Notes under the pieces: generated by a model
The model's database searches: none
What the model was told of the DNA's origin: nothing
Seen by the model: only the letters and a program-made list of their open reading frames with translations
NCBI GenBank assembly: GCA_045598145.1
Contig: JAZLLM010000001.1
Location: 1-63,508 of the forward strand
Direction of reading: 5' to 3'
DNA: 63,508 nt
Origin: Bacilli bacterium
Lineage (GTDB): Bacteria > Bacillota_I > Bacilli_A > ML615J-28 > CAG-698
Shown here: positions 18,704 through 31,150 of the stretch, piece after piece
How the letters are laid out: each line of letters opens with the position of its first letter
Numbering within the stretch: position 1 is the stretch's first letter
Translations under genes and position numbers: made by a program

Positions 18704-19843
18704 TTATTTTTCTTCTTCTTCATCGTCCATTTCTAAAATTACTGGACCATCAGAATATTCGCTATCTTCATATCCTTCATCAGAATCGATTATAGCATCA
18801 TTATGTTCGATTTCTTCATCATCTAAATCAATAATATCATTATCACCATCAAATGAATGTTTGAATTCTAAGCCAATTTCATGAAGTTTTTGTGATACTT
18901 CTTTTAATGACTTGCGGCCTAAATTTCTAACTCTCATCATTTCTTCAGTAGTCTTTTGTGCAAGTTCTCCAACTGTATTGATACCAGCTCTCTTTAAGCA
19001 GTTATAAGAACGAACTGATAAATCAAGTTCTTCAATCTTCTTTTCTAACTTCTTATTAGCGATCTTTTCTTCTGGTTCATACAAATAATTTTGATTAGCG
19101 ATAACTTCATTTAAAGTAGAAACTACATTAAAATGATCAATTAAGAACTTAGAAGCTAAGCTTACTGCATTAATTGGTTTAATGCTATCATTACTCCAAA
19201 CTTCTAATGTTACTTTATCATAATCAAAGTTATCTTCAACTCTTGTCTTTTCAACTTGATAAATACACTTAGTAATAGGTGTATAAATTGAGTCAATTGC
19301 TATTCTTTCAATAATTGTATTACCTTGTTTGTCTTTACAGAAAATCTTGTTTTCATCTGCGCCAACATAACCGATACCACGACGAGCAAAGAAACGTGCT
19401 TTGAATTTTCCACCTTCTTCTAAAGTAGCAATAACTTGGTCTTTATTGACGATTGTAAGTTCACTACTACAATTTAAATCTCCGGCTGTAATTACTCCTG
19501 GACCTTCAGCAACAATTTCAAGTTCATATAAGTCTTGTGCAGTATGAGGCATAGGCTTAAATAATTCTTCTTCATCAATCTTGAAAATTATGTTCTTTAA
19601 GTTAAGGATAATTTCTGTAACATCTTCAACTACTCCTGGCATACCCATAAATTCATGTTGTACGCCTTCAATCTCCATAGCAACAATTGCAACTCCCGGC
19701 ATAGAAGATAATAATACTCTTCTTAAAGCATTACCAATAGTAATACCATAGCCACGGTCTAATGGAGTGATTGTGAATTTACCATAGTTTTCTTCATCTA
19801 CTTCAACTACAGTTTGAGGTTTAATAAATTCAAATTTACGCAT
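18704..19843 (-). CDS. rpoA: DNA-directed RNA polymerase subunit alpha, with a 50-aa acidic C-terminal tail
   Basis: Conserved NTD and CTD (…[16 protein letters not shown]…). 379 aa, against about 315-330 usually. Confidence 0.96.
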   Translation of the reverse strand: MRKFEFIKPQTVVEVDEENYGKFTITPLDRGYGITIGNALRRVLLSSMPGVAIVAMEIEGVQHEFMGMPGVVEDVTEIILNLKNIIFKIDEEELFKPMPHTAQDLYELEIVAEGPGVITAGDLNCSSELTIVNKDQVIATLEEGGKFKARFFARRGIGYVGADENKIFCKDKQGNTIIERIAIDSIYTPITKCIYQVEKTRVEDNFDYDKVTLEVWSNDSIKPINAVSLASKFLIDHFNVVSTLNEVIANQNYLYEPEEKIANKKLEKKIEELDLSVRSYNCLKRAGINTVGELAQKTTEEMMRVRNLGRKSLKEVSQKLHEIGLEFKHSFDGDNDIIDLDDEEIEHNDAIIDSDEGYEDSEYSDGPVILEMDDEEEEK

Positions 19844-19908
19844 TTAGCCCTCCTTAATAAGCTTTTGCTTTTATAAGTTGTTTTTAATAATTTTAAAAAC
19901 TTAAATAA

Positions 19909-20292
19909 TTATCCACGAGGTTTCTTTGGTGGACGGCATCCATTGTGTGGAATAGGTGTAACATCTTTAATAGAGATGATTTCTAATCCAGCAACAGCTA
20001 ATGATCTAATAGCAGATTCACGGCCTGGACCAGGACCTGTTACTTCAACATCAACCTTTTGAACACCAATGTCTAAAGCAGCTTTACCTGCAGCTTCGCT
20101 TGCCATACCAGCAGCAAATGGTGTAGATTTTTTACTACCTTTAAATCCTAAAGCACCAGCACTTGACCAAGAAATAGCATTTCCTTGAGGGTCAGTAATT
20201 GTAACGATTGTATTATTGAAAGTTGAATGAATATGAGCTACACCAACAGGGACTTGCTTTTTAACTTTACGCTTTTTAGCTACGTTTGCCAT
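19909..20292 (-). CDS. rpsK: 30S ribosomal protein S11
   Basis: Conserved sequence and canonical position. Confidence 0.97.
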   Translation of the reverse strand: MANVAKKRKVKKQVPVGVAHIHSTFNNTIVTITDPQGNAISWSSAGALGFKGSKKSTPFAAGMASEAAGKAALDIGVQKVDVEVTGPGPGRESAIRSLAVAGLEIISIKDVTPIPHNGCRPPKKPRG

Positions 20293-20304
20293 TGTTCACT
20301 CCTC

Positions 20305-20670
20305 CTACTTCTTCTTGTTTGCTACAGTTCTAGCTGGACCTTTACAAGTACGTGCATTACATCTTGTATTTTGTCCTCTACATGGTAATCCTTTTCTATG
20401 ACGGATTCCTCTATAGCAACCTACTTCCATTAATCTTTTAATATTTAATGCAACTTCACGACGTAAGTCACCTTCTACAGTGTATTTAGCAACTTCACGA
20501 CGGATATTAGATAATTCTTCTTCTGTTAAGTCTTTTACACGCTTGCTTTCATCTATGCCAGCGTCTTTTAAAATTTGTGATGCGGTTGTTCTTCCAATGC
20601 CATAAATGTAAGTTAGTGAAATAACTACACGTTTGTCACGTGGAATATCAACACCAGATATACGTGCCAT
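20305..20670 (-). CDS. rpsM: 30S ribosomal protein S13
   Basis: [10 protein letters not shown]... Canonical position. Confidence 0.97.
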   Translation of the reverse strand: MARISGVDIPRDKRVVISLTYIYGIGRTTASQILKDAGIDESKRVKDLTEEELSNIRREVAKYTVEGDLRREVALNIKRLMEVGCYRGIRHRKGLPCRGQNTRCNARTCKGPARTVANKKK

Positions 20671-20684
20671 TTATTTCCTCCTTA

Positions 20685-20798
20685 TTATCCTTGTCTTTGC
20701 TTATGTTTTGGATTTTTACAAATTACCATAACTCTGCCCTTACGTTTAATAACTTTACATTGATCGCAAATTGGTTTTACCGATGGTCTAACCTTCAT
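20685..20798 (-). CDS. rpmJ: 50S ribosomal protein L36 (not in the ORF track)
   Basis: My own translation gives [45 protein letters not shown] lies upstream. It sits between infA and rpsM. Confidence 0.95.
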   Translation of the reverse strand: MKVRPSVKPICDQCKVIKRKGRVMVICKNPKHKQRQG

Positions 20799-20840
20799 TT
20801 TTTATTTCCTCCACGATTATTTGTATTTGTTTTAATTTAA

Positions 20841-21059
20841 TTACTTATGTCTATAAGTAATACGGCCACGTGTTAAATCATATGGTGATAATTCAACAGT
20901 TACTTTATCACCTGGTAAAATAGTAATGAAATTCATTCGGATTTTACCAGAAACGTGTGCCATAATTTGGTGTCCATTCTCTAATTCAACTTTAAATTGT
21001 GCATTAGGTAATGACTCCTTAACTGTTCCTCTTAATTCAATAACATCACTCTTTGACAT
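20841..21059 (-). CDS. infA: Translation initiation factor IF-1
   Basis: Conserved 72-aa S1-like protein. Its start overlaps the map 3' end by 14 nt. Confidence 0.97.
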   Translation of the reverse strand: MSKSDVIELRGTVKESLPNAQFKVELENGHQIMAHVSGKIRMNFITILPGDKVTVELSPYDLTRGRITYRHK

Positions 21060-21825
21060 TTGCTTCTCCTTTCGTGTGATCTATCGTTAATATTTCATAT
21101 CCATTTTCAGTAATTGCAATTGTGTGTTCATAATGAGCACTATCGCTTCCATCTTTAGTTACAGTAGTCCAATCATCTTTAAGAATTTTAACTCTAGCAC
21201 TATGGCTAGCAACCATTGGCTCAATAGCTAAAACCATACCAGGTTTTAATATAGGGCCACATCCTTCTTTTCCATAATTTGGAATTGGTGGATCTTCATG
21301 TAAATCTCTACCAACACCATGACCAGTAAACTCTTTTACTATGTCAAAGCCTGCCTTTCTAACATGTTCTTCAATTGCATGTGAAATATCAGATAGATGA
21401 TTATGAGGCGATGCAAATTTTAAGCCTTCATAAAAAGATTCTTCAGTTACTCTGATTAATCTCATCTTTTCTTCACTAACTTCTCCAACAGGGTGAGTCA
21501 TTGCACTATCGGCATGGTATCCTTTATAATATGATCCCAAATCGATAGATATTATATCACCATTCTTCAAAATGATGTTTTTATTAGGGATTCCGTGAAT
21601 TACACAATCGTTCACGGATGCGCATATAGTTCCTGGGTAACCTTCGTAACCTTTAAAACTTGGTGTAGCGCCATGATCCCTAATTACTTTCTCCGCAATC
21701 TTATCTAACTCAAGAGTTGAAATACCTGGGCGAATCGCTGCCTTAACCGCTTCATGAGCTAAGGCATTAATTGTTCCAGCTTCCTTCATAATCTCGATTT
21801 CACGATTACTTTTTATTATAATCAT
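21046..21825 (-). CDS. map: Methionine aminopeptidase type I
   Basis: Metal-ligand pattern (D..D..H..E..E) within a conserved MAP sequence. Confidence 0.95.
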   Translation of the reverse strand: MIIIKSNREIEIMKEAGTINALAHEAVKAAIRPGISTLELDKIAEKVIRDHGATPSFKGYEGYPGTICASVNDCVIHGIPNKNIILKNGDIISIDLGSYYKGYHADSAMTHPVGEVSEEKMRLIRVTEESFYEGLKFASPHNHLSDISHAIEEHVRKAGFDIVKEFTGHGVGRDLHEDPPIPNYGKEGCGPILKPGMVLAIEPMVASHSARVKILKDDWTTVTKDGSDSAHYEHTIAITENGYEILTIDHTKGEANVKE

Positions 21826-22472
21826 TAAAATCCTCCAAGTAGATTTTTGATATTTGAGAAAATTGCATCAATATCACCTTCACCAACTACATTAACTACT
21901 AAATTTTGTTTATTATAGTAATCAAGTAATGGTTGAGTTTGTGTAGTATAAACTTCTAAACGAGTTACTACTGTTTCTTTCGTATCATCTTTTCTTTGAA
22001 TAAGTTCTGAACCACATTTATCGCAAATACCATCTTTTAATGGTTTTAAATTTGTGATATGATATCCAGCACCGCATTTAGGGCATACTCTACGTCCAAC
22101 AATACGATCTACTAAACAATCAAAGTCTACAGAAATATTAATAACTGCGTCTAATTTTATATTTAAATCTTTTAAGATTTCATCTAAAGCTATAGCTTGT
22201 GGAATAGTTCTTGGGAATCCGTCTAGTAAGAATCCTTTTTCACAATCTTTTTGTGATAACCTTTCTCTTACTAAACCGATTGTAACACTATCAGGAACAA
22301 GCATACCTTTATCAATATAGCCTTTAGCTTCAACACCAAGACTAGTTTGATTTTTAATAGCTTCTCTAAACATATCTCCTGTAGAAATATGAGGAATTGC
22401 ATATTCAGTTTTTATTAAAGCAGCCTGTGTACCTTTACCAGCTCCAGGAGGGCCCATAATAATTAATTTCAT
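21825..22472 (-). CDS. adk: Adenylate kinase (zinc-lid type)
   Basis: P-loop GPPGAGKGT. Lid CPKCG...CDKCG. Confidence 0.96.
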   Translation of the reverse strand: MKLIIMGPPGAGKGTQAALIKTEYAIPHISTGDMFREAIKNQTSLGVEAKGYIDKGMLVPDSVTIGLVRERLSQKDCEKGFLLDGFPRTIPQAIALDEILKDLNIKLDAVINISVDFDCLVDRIVGRRVCPKCGAGYHITNLKPLKDGICDKCGSELIQRKDDTKETVVTRLEVYTTQTQPLLDYYNKQNLVVNVVGEGDIDAIFSNIKNLLGGF

Positions 22473-22479
22473 ATATCAA

Positions 22480-23808
22480 TTACTCCATAAATCCACGATA
22501 TTGTCTTTCTTGTTGTTGTTGTTTTAATTGTTGAGCTGTTTCAACAGCAACACCAACAACGATGATAAGACTTGTACCACCGATTGAAACTGATCCAGGT
22601 AATTGGAATATTACTGTAAAGATTATTGGAAGGATAGCAACAAGAGTTAAATATGTTGCACCAATCATAGTAATCTTGAATAATACTCTTGAAATATATG
22701 ATGCAGTTTCATCACCAGGTCTAACGCCAGGAATATATGCATTTTGCTTTTGTAAATTTTCTGCCATCTTTTCTGGATTCATTTGTAAGAATGAATAGAA
22801 GAATGAGAATAAGAAAATTAAAATAATATATAAGCAGAATCCACCAACATTGATTACAGTTAATCCTTCTGCGTTTGTATATGTAGTAGCGAAGATTTTA
22901 TATAATACTAGTGATGCACCAGTTAATCCACTACTACTATTACCATTGATTAATTGAATAATAGTTGTTGGTAAACTCATTAAAGTTGAAGCAAAAATTA
23001 CAGGGATAACAGATGCTGAATTTAGTTTAATTGGAATGTTACTATCATTCTTTCCTCTAAATGCAGCAGCTGCAGGTCTATTAGCATATTGAATAGGAAT
23101 TTTTCTTTGAGCAGCTTCCATAAATATAATGAAGACAATAATTAATAATAACATAATGATTACAAAGATGAAGATAAAGATATTTCTTGTATCAGCATTT
23201 GTAATATAAGTTGTTACTAAGTCTTTAATCATACCAGGGAATGAAGCTAAGATACCAGCACAAATCAACATTGATGTACCGTTTCCAATTCCCCATTTAG
23301 TAATTAATTCTGCTAACCATAAACAGAATGCAGTACCACCAGTAGCAACAATTGCTAAGTAGATATATAATACTGCTTTATTTAAATCTAAACCTCTAGT
23401 TGCGAAATAAATTCCATTATAACTTTGATCAACACCAATTACTAATGTTAATGCTTGTACAAAAGCTAAACCTAATGCTATATATCTAGTTACTTGGTTT
23501 AATTTTTGTTTTCCAGTTTCTCCTTCTTCGCTCCATTCTTTGAATGCTGGAACAATGTCCATTTCTAATAATTGAACAACGATAGAAGAAGTAATATATG
23601 GGCTAATACCCAAGCAAATAATAGAAAAATGTTGTAATGCTCCACCACTTAATGCATTTAAGAATCCAAAATCAATTGATGTTTGGAATTGTACATCGAT
23701 CATAGGAAGAGTTACATAATAACCCATCTTATAGATGAACAAGAATAATGCAGTAAATAATAGCATTTTAATTATTTTCTTTGCATTTGCTGATAAACTT
23801 GAAGCCAT
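22480..23808 (-). CDS. secY: Preprotein translocase subunit SecY
   Basis: 10-TM conserved SecY sequence in the canonical position. Confidence 0.96.
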   Translation of the reverse strand: MASSLSANAKKIIKMLLFTALFLFIYKMGYYVTLPMIDVQFQTSIDFGFLNALSGGALQHFSIICLGISPYITSSIVVQLLEMDIVPAFKEWSEEGETGKQKLNQVTRYIALGLAFVQALTLVIGVDQSYNGIYFATRGLDLNKAVLYIYLAIVATGGTAFCLWLAELITKWGIGNGTSMLICAGILASFPGMIKDLVTTYITNADTRNIFIFIFVIIMLLLIIVFIIFMEAAQRKIPIQYANRPAAAAFRGKNDSNIPIKLNSASVIPVIFASTLMSLPTTIIQLINGNSSSGLTGASLVLYKIFATTYTNAEGLTVINVGGFCLYIILIFLFSFFYSFLQMNPEKMAENLQKQNAYIPGVRPGDETASYISRVLFKITMIGATYLTLVAILPIIFTVIFQLPGSVSIGGTSLIIVVGVAVETAQQLKQQQQERQYRGFME

Positions 23809-23809
23809 A

Positions 23810-24250
23810 TTAAATTACCTCGGCTTTTCCACCAGCATCGCTGATAACTTGTAAAGCTTGATTAGAAAACTTATTTGCTTTAACAGTTAATGCAACTGTT
23901 AATTTACCATTTCCTAAGATCTTTAAGCCATCATATGTCTTCTTTACTAATCCCTTTTCTTGTAATTTTTCAATTGTAACTTCTGTATTTGCTTCGAAGC
24001 AATTTAAATCTTCAACATTTACAATTGCGTAATCTTTACGATTTACATTAGTAAATCCTCTTTTTGGTACACGTTTGAATAATGGTGTTTGACCACCTTC
24101 GAATGCAGGACGAACTCCTCCGCCACTACGAGCATTTTGACCCTTGTGACCTTTTCCAGCTGTCTTACCAGTTCCAGAACTTGTTCCACGACCTAATCTT
24201 TTCTTGTAATGTTTAGCACCTTCATTTGGTTTTAATTCACTTAAATTCAT
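23810..24250 (-). CDS. rplO: 50S ribosomal protein L15
   Basis: Conserved sequence and position. Confidence 0.97.
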   Translation of the reverse strand: MNLSELKPNEGAKHYKKRLGRGTSSGTGKTAGKGHKGQNARSGGGVRPAFEGGQTPLFKRVPKRGFTNVNRKDYAIVNVEDLNCFEANTEVTIEKLQEKGLVKKTYDGLKILGNGKLTVALTVKANKFSNQALQVISDAGGKAEVI

Positions 24251-24262
24251 TAGGGTACCTCC

Positions 24263-24445
24263 TTATTCAATAACTTCAACCAAGTGTTTAACAGTTTCAA
24301 CCATTCCACGAACTTGTTCGTTATCAGGTTTAACTACAGTTTGGTTAATTTTGCTTAAACCTAAAGCTTTTAAAGTTTTAGATTGGTTAGGTTTACGACC
24401 ATAAGCACTTTTAACTAATTTAATTGTAATAGTTTTTTCTGCCAT
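24263..24445 (-). CDS. rpmD: 50S ribosomal protein L30
   Basis: Conserved sequence and position. Confidence 0.95.
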   Translation of the reverse strand: MAEKTITIKLVKSAYGRKPNQSKTLKALGLSKINQTVVKPDNEQVRGMVETVKHLVEVIE

Positions 24446-24455
24446 AATTGTTTAC

Positions 24456-24974
24456 CTACATAATTTCTTCAGGCTTTTTGCCACGAATAGCACTAACATC
24501 TTCAACAGTTCTTAATGAACCTAAACCTTTTACAGTTGCACGAACGATGTTAATAGGTGTACTTGAGCCTAATGATTTTGATAAGATATTATTAATACCA
24601 GCCATTTCAACAACGGCACGTACTGGACCACCAGCGATAACTCCAGTTCCATCAGGAGCAGGTTTTAAGAATACTCTACCAGCACCATAAACACCTGTTA
24701 CAGCATGTGGAATTGTGTTATTTACGATTGGAACATTAATAATATTCTTCTTTGCATCTTCAGAAGCTTTTTTAATAGCATCTGGAACTTCTAGAGCCTT
24801 TCCAGTACCTAAGCCAACTTGACCGTTCTTGTTACCTACAACAACAACAGCACTGAAACGATATCTTCTACCACCTTTAACTACTTTAGTTACATGGTTG
24901 ATGCTTACAACACGTTCTTCGAATTGTTTTTCTTCAACAACTACGTTTTCTTGTTTTTTCTTATCTTGACGCAT
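24456..24974 (-). CDS. rpsE: 30S ribosomal protein S5
   Basis: Conserved sequence and position. Confidence 0.97.
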   Translation of the reverse strand: MRQDKKKQENVVVEEKQFEERVVSINHVTKVVKGGRRYRFSAVVVVGNKNGQVGLGTGKALEVPDAIKKASEDAKKNIINVPIVNNTIPHAVTGVYGAGRVFLKPAPDGTGVIAGGPVRAVVEMAGINNILSKSLGSSTPINIVRATVKGLGSLRTVEDVSAIRGKKPEEIM

Positions 24975-24986
24975 TATTGAACCTCC

Positions 24987-25349
24987 CTAGAACTTTAAGC
25001 CAGCTTCTCTAGCTGCTTCTGCTAATGCTTGTACTCTACCATGATATAAATATCCACCACGGTCGAATACTACATTTTCAATATTAGCTGCAATAGCTCT
25101 CTTACCAATTAAAGCACCAACTTGTTTAGCTGCTTCGATATTAGAACCATTAGCTAATTTTAATTCTTTATCAATACTTGAAGCACTAACTAATGTAGTT
25201 CCTTTAGAGTCATCAACGATTTGTGCAAAAATGTTTGCATTTGATCTGAAAACAACTAAACGTGGAGTTGTAGCTGTGCCAATAATGTTTTTACGAATAC
25301 GTAAATGACGTTTTTGTCTTGTTTCGTTTTTTGATACTTTATTAACCAT
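24987..25349 (-). CDS. rplR: 50S ribosomal protein L18
   Basis: Conserved sequence and position. Confidence 0.97.
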   Translation of the reverse strand: MVNKVSKNETRQKRHLRIRKNIIGTATTPRLVVFRSNANIFAQIVDDSKGTTLVSASSIDKELKLANGSNIEAAKQVGALIGKRAIAANIENVVFDRGGYLYHGRVQALAEAAREAGLKF

Positions 25350-25363
25350 TTTACTTCTCCTTC

Positions 25364-25903
25364 CTACTTAGCTTTCTTTCCTTCTTTACGACGGATAACT
25401 TCGTCTTTATATCTAATACCTTTTCCTTTATATGGTTCAGGTTTACGTACTTCTCTTACTTCAGCAGCAAATTCACCAACAACTTGTTTGTTAGCACCTT
25501 TGATATGAATTTCAGTTTGAGATGGACATTCAACTTTAACTCCAGCAGGAATTGGCATTTCAACTAAATGAGAGTATCCAGCAGCAACTACTAATGTGTT
25601 GCCCTTTAATGATGCACGGTAACCAACACCTTCGATTAAAAGAATTTTTTCAAATTCTTCATTAACACCCTTAACCATGTTTTGAATGCATGCTCTTGTA
25701 GTGCCATGTAATTGTTTTACATGTTTTTCTTCGTTAGGTCTTGATACTTTAACTTCAGCGCCTTCTACTTCAATTTTAATTTCTTTACTAAATGTGAATG
25801 AAAGTTCACCTTTAGGACCTTTAACATTAACTAAATTGTTTTCATCTACAGTAACTGTAACGCCTGCAGGAATTGCGATTGGTTTATTTCCTATACGTGA
25901 CAT
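25364..25903 (-). CDS. rplF: 50S ribosomal protein L6
   Basis: Conserved sequence and position. Confidence 0.97.
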   Translation of the reverse strand: MSRIGNKPIAIPAGVTVTVDENNLVNVKGPKGELSFTFSKEIKIEVEGAEVKVSRPNEEKHVKQLHGTTRACIQNMVKGVNEEFEKILLIEGVGYRASLKGNTLVVAAGYSHLVEMPIPAGVKVECPSQTEIHIKGANKQVVGEFAAEVREVRKPEPYKGKGIRYKDEVIRRKEGKKAK

Positions 25904-25912
25904 AATTACCTC

Positions 25913-26311
25913 CTACCAAACATATGCAATGACTTCACCGCCTAAATGTTGTAAGCGTGCTTCTCTGTCAGTCATAACTCCGTTTGATGTTGAAACAATA
26001 GCGATTCCTAAACCATTTAATACTTTAGGCATTTCATTAACTTTTGCATAAACTCTTAAACCAGGTTTTGAAATACGTTGGATTCCTGTGATAACTCTTT
26101 CTTTCTTATCTGTATACTTCAAAGTTACTTTGATAGATCCTTGAGGACCTTCTTCAACGAATTCTACATCATTGATATAACCTTCGTTTTTAATAACATT
26201 TAAAATTTCAATTTTAACTTTTGATGCTGGTATCATTACTGTAGCGCTCTTGTTTTGATTTGCGTTACGAATTCTTGTAAGCATATCAGCAATTGGATCA
26301 GTCATTCCCAT
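25913..26311 (-). CDS. rpsH: 30S ribosomal protein S8
   Basis: [17 protein letters not shown]... Start moved to ATG 26311, which follows an AGGGAGG SD. The track start (TTG 26335) overlaps rpsN. Confidence 0.96.
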   Translation of the reverse strand: MGMTDPIADMLTRIRNANQNKSATVMIPASKVKIEILNVIKNEGYINDVEFVEEGPQGSIKVTLKYTDKKERVITGIQRISKPGLRVYAKVNEMPKVLNGLGIAIVSTSNGVMTDREARLQHLGGEVIAYVW

Positions 26312-26328
26312 TGTATAGACCTCCCTTT

Positions 26329-26514
26329 CTACCAACTAGCCTTACGTACGCCAGGAATCTTGCCTTCATTAGCTAATTCTCTGAAGCACACACGACATAG
26401 TTTAAACTTACGATATACTGCATGAGGTCTACCACAACGCTCACAACGTGTATATTCTCTAACTTCAAATTTTTGTTTACGATGATTTCTTACTTTTAAA
26501 GATGTTTTTGCCAT
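26329..26514 (-). CDS. rpsN: 30S ribosomal protein S14, zinc-binding type Z
   Basis: 61 aa with CERCG...CRVC. Confidence 0.96.
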   Translation of the reverse strand: MAKTSLKVRNHRKQKFEVREYTRCERCGRPHAVYRKFKLCRVCFRELANEGKIPGVRKASW

Positions 26515-26525
26515 AATCTATCTCC

Positions 26526-27065
26526 TTACTTCTTGAAAGGCATACCCATAAGTGTTAATAACTCACGGCCTTCCTCGTCAGTTTTAGCAGTAGTAACAAC
26601 AACAATATCCATACCACGTACTTTGAATACTTTGTCATAATTAATTTCTGGGAAAATTAATTGTTCTTTGATACCGATTGTATAGTTTCCTCTACCATCG
26701 AATGAATTCTTAGATAAGCCTCTGAAGTCACGTACACGTGGTAATGAAATAGAAACTAATTTATCAAAGAATTGGTACATTCTTTCTCCACGAAGAGTTA
26801 CTTTACAACCAATTGAAGCACCTTCACGTAATTTGAAGTTTGCGATTGATTTTCTTGCTTTTGTAATAATTGGTTTTTGACCAACGATTTGTGATAGTTC
26901 TTCTACAGCTGCATCTAAAGCTTTAGAGTTTGCCATAGCATCACCAACACCCATATTGATTACGATCTTGTCAAGTTTTGGAGCTTGCATAACAGATTTG
27001 TAATTAAACTTTTCCATTAAAGCTGGTTTAACACTATTTAAATACTTTTCTTGTAAACGATTCAT
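26526..27065 (-). CDS. rplE: 50S ribosomal protein L5
   Basis: Conserved sequence and position. Confidence 0.97.
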   Translation of the reverse strand: MNRLQEKYLNSVKPALMEKFNYKSVMQAPKLDKIVINMGVGDAMANSKALDAAVEELSQIVGQKPIITKARKSIANFKLREGASIGCKVTLRGERMYQFFDKLVSISLPRVRDFRGLSKNSFDGRGNYTIGIKEQLIFPEINYDKVFKVRGMDIVVVTTAKTDEEGRELLTLMGMPFKK

Positions 27066-27079
27066 AGCTTAGCTTCCTC

Positions 27080-27388
27080 CTACTTGATGATAGCACCAGA
27101 TGCTTTAGCATAACGTACTTTTTTGCCATCTTCTACTTTATAACCAATTCTTGTTGGTTTATTAGTAGATGGATCAATTAACATAACGTTAGATGCATCG
27201 ATTGGAGCTTCCATTTTAATAATTCCACCGTCTGGATTTGCTTGAGAAGGTCTAGTATGACGACTTACAACGTTTACGCCTTCAACAATAACACGGTTTT
27301 CTTTAACTAATACTTTTTTAATAGTACCTTTTTTACCTTTAAAGTTACCTGCAATAACGATAACTTGATCACCTTTTTTAACAACCAT
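27080..27388 (-). CDS. rplX: 50S ribosomal protein L24
   Basis: Conserved sequence and position. Confidence 0.96.
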   Translation of the reverse strand: MVVKKGDQVIVIAGNFKGKKGTIKKVLVKENRVIVEGVNVVSRHTRPSQANPDGGIIKMEAPIDASNVMLIDPSTNKPTRIGYKVEDGKKVRYAKASGAIIK

Positions 27389-27404
27389 TATTCAGTCCTC
27401 CTAA

Positions 27405-27773
27405 TTAAAGAACTTCTGGTGCTAAAGAGATGATCTTCATGAAATCTTTATCACGAAGTTCACGAGCAACAGGACCAAAAATACGAGTGCCCTTAGGTGT
27501 CTTATCTTCTTTAACGATAACTACTGCATTATCATCAAATTTGATATAACTACCATCATTTCTTCTTAAGCCAGTTTTAGTTCTTACTATAACACATTTA
27601 ACTACTTCGCCTTTTTTAACTTGGCCACCAGGAGTTGCATCTTTAACAGTAGCAACAATGATATCACCAATGTTAGCAAATCTTCTTCTTGTTCCGCCTA
27701 AAACTTTAATGCATAATACTTCTTTTGCACCAGAGTTATCAGCAACTTTAAGTCTTGATTCTTGTTGGATCAT
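27405..27773 (-). CDS. rplN: 50S ribosomal protein L14
   Basis: [17 protein letters not shown]... Confidence 0.98.
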   Translation of the reverse strand: MIQQESRLKVADNSGAKEVLCIKVLGGTRRRFANIGDIIVATVKDATPGGQVKKGEVVKCVIVRTKTGLRRNDGSYIKFDDNAVVIVKEDKTPKGTRIFGPVARELRDKDFMKIISLAPEVL

Positions 27774-27782
27774 AATTGCCTC

Positions 27783-28043
27783 CTATAAGATGACTGCCTT
27801 TTCAACGATTTCAATCAAACGATATCTCTTCATTTTTGATAGAGGTCTAGTAGCCATAATTTTTACAGTATCGCCTACTTTTGCTTCGTTGTTTTCATCG
27901 TGAGCAGTAAATTTCTTTGTATATTCAACACGTTTGCCATATAAAGGATGTTTACGATATGTAGTAATAGAAACTTTAATTGTCTTATCTTCTTTGTCAG
28001 AAACAACTTTACCAATTAAAACTTTACGAGTATTTCTTTCCAT
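27783..28043 (-). CDS. rpsQ: 30S ribosomal protein S17
   Basis: Conserved sequence and position. Confidence 0.96.
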   Translation of the reverse strand: MERNTRKVLIGKVVSDKEDKTIKVSITTYRKHPLYGKRVEYTKKFTAHDENNEAKVGDTVKIMATRPLSKMKRYRLIEIVEKAVIL

Positions 28044-28054
28044 TGTTCATCCTC

Positions 28055-28291
28055 CTACTTATTAGCATTTGCACGTTCTGTAAGAATAGTCTTCATACGA
28101 GCAATTTGCTTTCTATTTTTCTTGATTTGTGCTGTATTTTCTAATTTTCCAACAGCAGCTTGGAAACGTAAATTGAATAATTCTTGTTTTAATTCTTCAA
28201 TATTCTTTTCAATAGCAGCAACATCCATTTGTCTAATCTTATCAGTCTTTGATTGTCTTACAACAACTTTTTCTTTCTTAGTTCTAGCCAT
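28055..28291 (-). CDS. rpmC: 50S ribosomal protein L29 (short basic N-terminal extension)
   Basis: ELFNLRFQ core motif. 78 aa. An internal start at MDVAAIEK cannot be excluded. Confidence 0.9.
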   Translation of the reverse strand: MARTKKEKVVVRQSKTDKIRQMDVAAIEKNIEELKQELFNLRFQAAVGKLENTAQIKKNRKQIARMKTILTERANANK

Positions 28292-28293
28292 TT

Positions 28294-28713
28294 TTATTCA
28301 CCACTATTTTCCTTTGTTACAAATTTTGTTGTGATAGGTAATTTGTTAGCAGCTAGTCTAAATGCTTCTCTTGCTACAGCAGCACTTACACCACCGATTT
28401 CGAACATTACTGTTCCCTTCTTAACTACTGCTACGTAACCTTCAACGTTACCTTTACCACCACCCATACGTACAGCTAATGGTTTCTTAGTTTGTGGATT
28501 ATGAGGGAAAATTCTAATCCAAACTTTACCTTCACGGTTCATATAACGAGTCATAGCAATACGAGCAGCTTCAATTTGTTGTTGAGTTAGCCATGTTCCT
28601 TGCATAGCCATCATACCAAATTCACCAAAATCTACTTTCTTAGCACCTTTTGCTTTGCCATCATAACGAACTCTATGAGGTCTACGGAATTTTGTTCTCT
28701 TAGGCATTAACAT
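28294..28713 (-). CDS. rplP: 50S ribosomal protein L16
   Basis: [11 protein letters not shown]... Confidence 0.97.
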   Translation of the reverse strand: MLMPKRTKFRRPHRVRYDGKAKGAKKVDFGEFGMMAMQGTWLTQQQIEAARIAMTRYMNREGKVWIRIFPHNPQTKKPLAVRMGGGKGNVEGYVAVVKKGTVMFEIGGVSAAVAREAFRLAANKLPITTKFVTKENSGE

Positions 28714-28715
28714 AA

Positions 28716-29363
28716 TTATTTAGCCTCCTTTTTTGCAGGTAAAACTTCACCTTTGCAAATCCAAACTTTAATTCCTAATTTACCATAAGTAGTATTAGCT
28801 TCAGCTAAAGCATAATCGATGTCAGCTCTTAATGTATGTAGTGGTACTGTACCTTCTGAGTAACCTTCACCACGTGCCATTTCAGCTCCACCTAATCTAC
28901 CAGAGATATGAGTCTTAATACCTTTAGCTCCAGCCTTCATAGTTTGTTGGATTGCTTTCTTTTGTACTCTTCTGAATGAAGCTCTGTTTTCTAGATCTTC
29001 AGCCATTTTTCTTGCAACTAATGTTGCGTCTAAATCTGGGTTCTTAATTTCTACAACGTTCATGAATACTTTCTTTCCAGTCATAGCTTCTAGTTTTTCA
29101 ACTAATTGAGCTTTGATTGTACCTTCACGACCGATAACAACACCAGGTTTTGCAGTATAAAGAACGATCATAATCTTGTTCTTTACTCTCTCGATAACGA
29201 TTCTTGAAACTTGAGCTTTCTTATAATATTCTTCAATTTCCTTACGAATCTTTAAATCCTCATGTAATAATGCAGGAACTTCTAATTTACCAGCATACCA
29301 TTTTGAATCCCAATCACGGATAATACCTAAACGCATTCCGATTGGGCTAACTTTTTGTCCCAT
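28716..29363 (-). CDS. rpsC: 30S ribosomal protein S3
   Basis: [13 protein letters not shown]... Confidence 0.97.
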   Translation of the reverse strand: MGQKVSPIGMRLGIIRDWDSKWYAGKLEVPALLHEDLKIRKEIEEYYKKAQVSRIVIERVKNKIMIVLYTAKPGVVIGREGTIKAQLVEKLEAMTGKKVFMNVVEIKNPDLDATLVARKMAEDLENRASFRRVQKKAIQQTMKAGAKGIKTHISGRLGGAEMARGEGYSEGTVPLHTLRADIDYALAEANTTYGKLGIKVWICKGEVLPAKKEAK

Positions 29364-29374
29364 TGAGATCCTCC

Positions 29375-29722
29375 TTAATTTCTTTCTGCAACAACTACGA
29401 TAATGTTGCTTGTTCTTTTTAATAAATGACTAGCGCTACCTTTAGCACGAGGTAAGAATCTCTTCATTGTCATGCCTTCATTAGCGTAGATTTCTTTAAT
29501 AAATAATTTGTCTTGAGACATTTCATAATTATTTGTTGCATTAGCAACAGCACTCTTTAATACTTTTTCAATAGCTGTAGCAGCTCCGTTTGGAGTTACA
29601 TGTAAAATATTAAATGCATCTTTAATATCTTTGCCTCTAACCAAATCCATAACTAATCTTACCTTAGTAGCAGAGATACGTACAGTCTTAGCTTCTGCTC
29701 TAGCAGTTTTTACTTCTTCCAT
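29375..29722 (-). CDS. rplV: 50S ribosomal protein L22
   Basis: Start moved to ATG 29722 ([12 protein letters not shown]...), which follows a GGAAGGAG SD. The track N-terminus overlaps rpsS. Confidence 0.95.
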   Translation of the reverse strand: MEEVKTARAEAKTVRISATKVRLVMDLVRGKDIKDAFNILHVTPNGAATAIEKVLKSAVANATNNYEMSQDKLFIKEIYANEGMTMKRFLPRAKGSASHLLKRTSNIIVVVAERN

Positions 29723-29735
29723 AATTATCTCCTTC

Positions 29736-30005
29736 CTAAGCTTCCTTATCTTTTCCATGTCCGTGGTATGTTCTAGTTGGTGCAAATTCGCCTAATTTAT
29801 GTCCAACCATATCTTCAGTTACATATACAGGAACATGTGTTTTTCCATTATATACACCAATTGTGTGTCCAATAAATGCTGGGAAAATTGTTGATCTTCT
29901 TGACCAAGTTTGAATAACTTTTTTACTGTTTGATTCATTTAATTCAACTACTTTTTTCATTAAATGTTCATCACAGAAAGGTCCTTTTTTCAATGAACGA
30001 GCCAT
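29736..30005 (-). CDS. rpsS: 30S ribosomal protein S19
   Basis: [10 protein letters not shown]... Confidence 0.97.
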   Translation of the reverse strand: MARSLKKGPFCDEHLMKKVVELNESNSKKVIQTWSRRSTIFPAFIGHTIGVYNGKTHVPVYVTEDMVGHKLGEFAPTRTYHGHGKDKEA

Positions 30006-30019
30006 TTTGTACCTCCTAA

Positions 30020-30853
30020 TTAACCGTTACGACGACGAACGATTAGTTCGTTTGATTTTTTCTTTGAATTACGAGTCTTCTTACCTAAAGCAGGTTTACC
30101 CCAAGGAGTTAAAGGTGCTTTACGTCCAATTGGAGCTCTACCTTCACCACCACCATGAGGATGGTCATTAGGGTTCATAACAGATCCACGTACAGTTGGG
30201 TTGATTCCCATATGACGAGTTCTACCAGCTTTACCAATTGTTACATTCATATAATCAGCGTTGCCAACTTCACCAACTGTAGCACGGCAAACACTTAAAA
30301 TTTTTCTAACTTCACCGCTTGTTAAACGTACTAAAACGTATCTTTCTTCACGGCCTAAGATTTGAGCACTTGTACCAGCACTTCTAACTAATTGAGCACC
30401 TTTTCCAGGATGCATTTCAATGTTATGAATAATAGTACCAATTGGCATATTACCTAAAGGCATTGTGTTACCAATTTTGATATCTACTTTTTCGCCAGAT
30501 ACAATTGTATCTCCAACTTTGATATCTTTTGGAGCAATGATATATCTCTTTTCACCATCAGCATAGCAAACTAAAGCAATATTAGCACTTCTGTTTGGAT
30601 CATATTCGATAGTCTTAATAGTTCCAACGATATTGTCTTTATTACGTTTAAAATCAATGATACGATATTTTCTCTTTTCACCGCCACCTTGATGACGAAC
30701 TGTAATATGACCAGTATTGTTTCTACCACCATTCTTACTTAAAGGAGCTAATAAACTCTTTTCAGGAGTATCTGTAGTGATTTCATTCTTATATACTAAT
30801 ACAGTCATATCACGACGACCATTAGTCGTAGGTTTATAACTTTTAATAGCCAT
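30020..30853 (-). CDS. rplB: 50S ribosomal protein L2
   Basis: ...HPHGGGEGR... conserved. Confidence 0.98.
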   Translation of the reverse strand: MAIKSYKPTTNGRRDMTVLVYKNEITTDTPEKSLLAPLSKNGGRNNTGHITVRHQGGGEKRKYRIIDFKRNKDNIVGTIKTIEYDPNRSANIALVCYADGEKRYIIAPKDIKVGDTIVSGEKVDIKIGNTMPLGNMPIGTIIHNIEMHPGKGAQLVRSAGTSAQILGREERYVLVRLTSGEVRKILSVCRATVGEVGNADYMNVTIGKAGRTRHMGINPTVRGSVMNPNDHPHGGGEGRAPIGRKAPLTPWGKPALGKKTRNSKKKSNELIVRRRNG

Positions 30854-30865
30854 TGATTATTCCTC

Positions 30866-31150
30866 CTATAATTCGAATACGTCTAACTTATCGCCTTCAG
30901 CTAAAGTTACTACAGCTTTTTGAACAGCTGGACGTAATCCTTCATATTTTCCAACACGACGTGTCTTTCTTGGAGTGTTAAGCATGTTTACAGAAACAAC
31001 TTTAACTTTCCAAAGATTTTCTACTGCTTTTGCAACTTCTACTTTATTGCTACCTTGTTTAACTTCAAATGTATATTTGTTAGCTTCAACTAATTTAGTA
31101 GCTTTTTCTGTAATTAAAGGACGTACAATAATGTCATAATCTTTTCTCAT
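30866..31150 (-). CDS. rplW: 50S ribosomal protein L23
   Basis: Conserved sequence and position. Confidence 0.96.
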   Translation of the reverse strand: MRKDYDIIVRPLITEKATKLVEANKYTFEVKQGSNKVEVAKAVENLWKVKVVSVNMLNTPRKTRRVGKYEGLRPAVQKAVVTLAEGDKLDVFEL

